Shown: positions 18,321-20,251 of the stretch, in pieces
Layout: the number at the start of each line of letters is the position of its first letter
Numbering within the stretch: position 1 is the first letter of the stretch
DNA from: an uncultured cyanobacterium
GTDB lineage: Bacteria; Cyanobacteriota; Cyanobacteriia; Cyanobacteriales; Microcystaceae
Direction of reading: 5' to 3'
Assembly (NCBI GenBank): GCA_963807635.1
Contig: CAWEDJ010000043.1
Coordinates: forward strand, 1-20,251
DNA length: 20,251 bases
Position numbers and translations under genes: made by a program
Notes under the pieces: model-generated
Database searches by the model: none
The model's input: only the letters and a program-made list of their open reading frames with translations
What the model was told of the DNA's origin: nothing

Positions 18321-18343
18321 ATTTTTCCCCACGCGATCGCCGT

Positions 18344-18679
18344 TTAACTATCCGAACTTCTCTCGTAAAAGATAAGACCAACACGGTTAATGTGATCAAT
18401 TAAATCGAGATTCTCAATATCCTTAAAAATAGATATATCAAAACTATAGGGCAATAACAGATCATCAATTTGTATGTCAATTTTCGACAATTGAGCGTAA
18501 CTAATATTTTCGCCAATTAAAGTTAAATCAATATCGGAACCATTGCGATAATTTCCTTTAGCACGGGAACCATACAATAATACTTTTTGAATATTGGGAT
18601 ACTGGGAAAATACTTCAATAATCTTTTCAATTGTAGCTTCTTTTAAACCAAATCGATTTGTAATATTTTTAGCTTTCAT
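18344..18679 (-). CDS. Minimal nucleotidyltransferase (MNT) antitoxin
   Basis: 111 aa; LYGSRAKGNYRNGSDIDL (GS-x10-DxD); overlaps the HEPN gene. Confidence 0.9.
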   Translation of the reverse strand: MKAKNITNRFGLKEATIEKIIEVFSQYPNIQKVLLYGSRAKGNYRNGSDIDLTLIGENISYAQLSKIDIQIDDLLLPYSFDISIFKDIENLDLIDHINRVGLIFYERSSDS

Positions 18680-19079
18680 TTTCCAAAATCTGCATTTTTT
18701 CTTCTAATTCTTTAAATAAAACAAAAAATCGAGTGGTAATATTTTCCGCGATCGCTTTGGCTGTGACTTTATTATAGGTATGACTCGTTTGATTGCGGTC
18801 TTTAATCATATCCATCCAACTGTCACCATCCTTAATTAAGCCAACACTAAAAGCAATGCGGGTTGCATCCCTAGAACCGTATATATCTTGAGTTCCCTGA
18901 TCACGCAAATAATCTCGTAATAGATTCCAAGCAAGTTCATGAGTGTATTCAAAGGATTGAATTAAACCCTGTTCTTCTAGTTCATTTAATTCTCCTTTTT
19001 CGATGAATTTTGTGAGTTGCGCTAGGGCTTTCTTATAGTTAGAAAATCTTTGTTTCCAACGAATATCGGACTCTCTCAT
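18669..19079 (-). CDS. HEPN-domain toxin (HI0074-like nucleotidyltransferase substrate-binding protein)
   Basis: 136 aa; IRWKQRFSNY, GLIQSFEYTHELAW, RNQTSHTY (R-x4-H); AGGAG RBS at 19089-19093. Confidence 0.9.
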   Translation of the reverse strand: MRESDIRWKQRFSNYKKALAQLTKFIEKGELNELEEQGLIQSFEYTHELAWNLLRDYLRDQGTQDIYGSRDATRIAFSVGLIKDGDSWMDMIKDRNQTSHTYNKVTAKAIAENITTRFFVLFKELEEKMQILENES

Positions 19080-19299
19080 TCGGATAAACTCCTAGATTAT
19101 CGAAAAAAGTCGTCATTATTAACTCATTTAGTGATGATTCTAACTCTGATTTGCCAAACAACAATATAGAATTCTTGGAATAATGCTGTTAGGCGATCGC
19201 GTTTTCGGTAATTTTCTAGACTTGTGGATCGTATTTCTAGAAGGCAGTCAGTCTATTCATTGTGACCTGTCTTCTCCACAGATTCAGGACAGTACCGTA

Positions 19300-19737
19300 T
19301 CAGGAGTTAGACGAGGGACGTTCCCAGCGAAACTTCCGTTCAGATTCCAGAATAGGGACATCGTTAATGCTGGCAAATCGACGCATCATCAGCCCATTTT
19401 CTGCAAATTCCCAGTTTTCATTGCCATAGGCTCGATACCAAGCACCCGAATGGTCGTGCCACTCATATTCAAATCTCACTGCAATGCGATTATCCATAAA
19501 GCACCAGAGTTCTTTTTTTAAGCGATAATCCAGTTCTTTTTCCCATTTACGTTGGAGAAATTCCCGAATCGCCGCCCGTCCACTAAAAAATTCGGAACGA
19601 TTGCGCCATTCTGAATCTTCTGTATAGGCTTTCGCAACACGCTCTGGATCGCGGGTATTCCAAGCATCTTCTGCCGCTTGTACTTTTGCTTTGGCGGTTT
19701 CTAGGGTAAAAGGTGGAAGAGGTGGTTTAGTTTCCAT
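19300..19737 (-). CDS. DUF1348 family (SnoaL/NTF2-like) protein
   Basis: [52 protein letters not shown]; start at Met 19737 preferred. Confidence 0.9.
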   Translation of the reverse strand: METKPPLPPFTLETAKAKVQAAEDAWNTRDPERVAKAYTEDSEWRNRSEFFSGRAAIREFLQRKWEKELDYRLKKELWCFMDNRIAVRFEYEWHDHSGAWYRAYGNENWEFAENGLMMRRFASINDVPILESERKFRWERPSSNS

Positions 19738-19785
19738 TTTTGTAAAAGCGATCGCTCCGAATTGAGGGGGCATAGAATCAATTCC

Positions 19786-20176
19786 TTATATCTTAAACAG
19801 ATAGTTGATCAAAAGTCGTAGGGAAGTGGAGATAATGACCATCAGGGTTAAGGCCATTCCAATGAATCGATAGATCAACTTTTCATTAACTTGACTAACT
19901 CCATAGGCATGGCTAATTCTTCCCAAAAGCAGGGCGATACAGGACGAATGAATCCAATTACTGGCCAAACCCTGATTTTCTAGAAAATAAATCAAAATCA
20001 GGGATATGGGTACATATTCAGCAAAGTTTGAATGAACTCGACTGGCTCTTGCTAGAACGGCATGATTTCCATAACCGATCGCCATTCCAAGTTTTTGTCT
20101 CAGCAAAAGTACCCGAACACTCAATCCAACAAACATGAGGTCCGAAGAGCGCGGCATATAAGGGCGTTATGAGCAT
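19786..20176 (-). pseudogene. MAPEG family membrane protein with one extra base at about 20140
   Basis: ATG at 20176 gives MLITPLYAALFG; removing one C joins it to LMFVGLSVRV...RVHSNFAEYVP...GRISHAYG. Confidence 0.8.
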
Positions 20177-20251
20177 TGCTTTCCCCAAGTTTTGATTGAA
20201 TGATCATACCGTGAACCATTGCTAGGCGGCTGAATAGGTTCAACAATTATT

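Larger units (their letters stand above)
1124..19755. repeat. Dispersed HIP1 octamers (GCGATCGC), about 24 copies
   Basis: Seen at 1124, 2530, 2563, 3234, 3923, 3955, 6294, 8098, 8372, 11501, 12292, 12830, 13191, 13549, 13639, 15648, 16178, 17667, 17928, 18106, 18333, 18748, 19193, 19748 (manual count). Confidence 0.9.

Noticed and set aside
19183..19521. 112 aa plus-strand ORF
   Set aside because: Largely antisense to the well-conserved DUF1348 gene; no recognisable motifs.

Overview
Cyanobacterial chromosomal window (about two dozen HIP1 octamers, GCGATCGC; gene content resembles Synechocystis-like unicellular cyanobacteria). Recognisable genes: GT14 glycosyltransferase, carotenoid cleavage dioxygenase, circularly permuted ATP-grasp/alpha-E pair, petR-petP-bcp copper-switch locus, Uma2 nuclease, ArnT-like glycosyltransferase, CPBP protease, bioF, Ser/Thr kinase-WD40, Z-ISO/NnrU, DUF1348 and MAPEG, plus two small toxin-antitoxin modules (DUF4160/DUF2442 and HEPN/MNT). 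Two things stand out. (1) A small, very basic ORF at 9773 has an ArfA-like KGKGGS motif and an intrinsic terminator inside its reading frame at about codon 61, the non-stop-mRNA design of alternative ribosome rescue factors (ArfA/BrfA/ArfT). (2) Three 40-41 bp direct repeats, each bounded by two HIP1 sites, recur about 700 bp apart and delimit accessory gene units like a cassette array. Three conserved genes (bioF, kinase-WD40, MAPEG) carry single-base frameshifts, which may be assembly errors. All family calls are from motif recognition by eye, not database searches.
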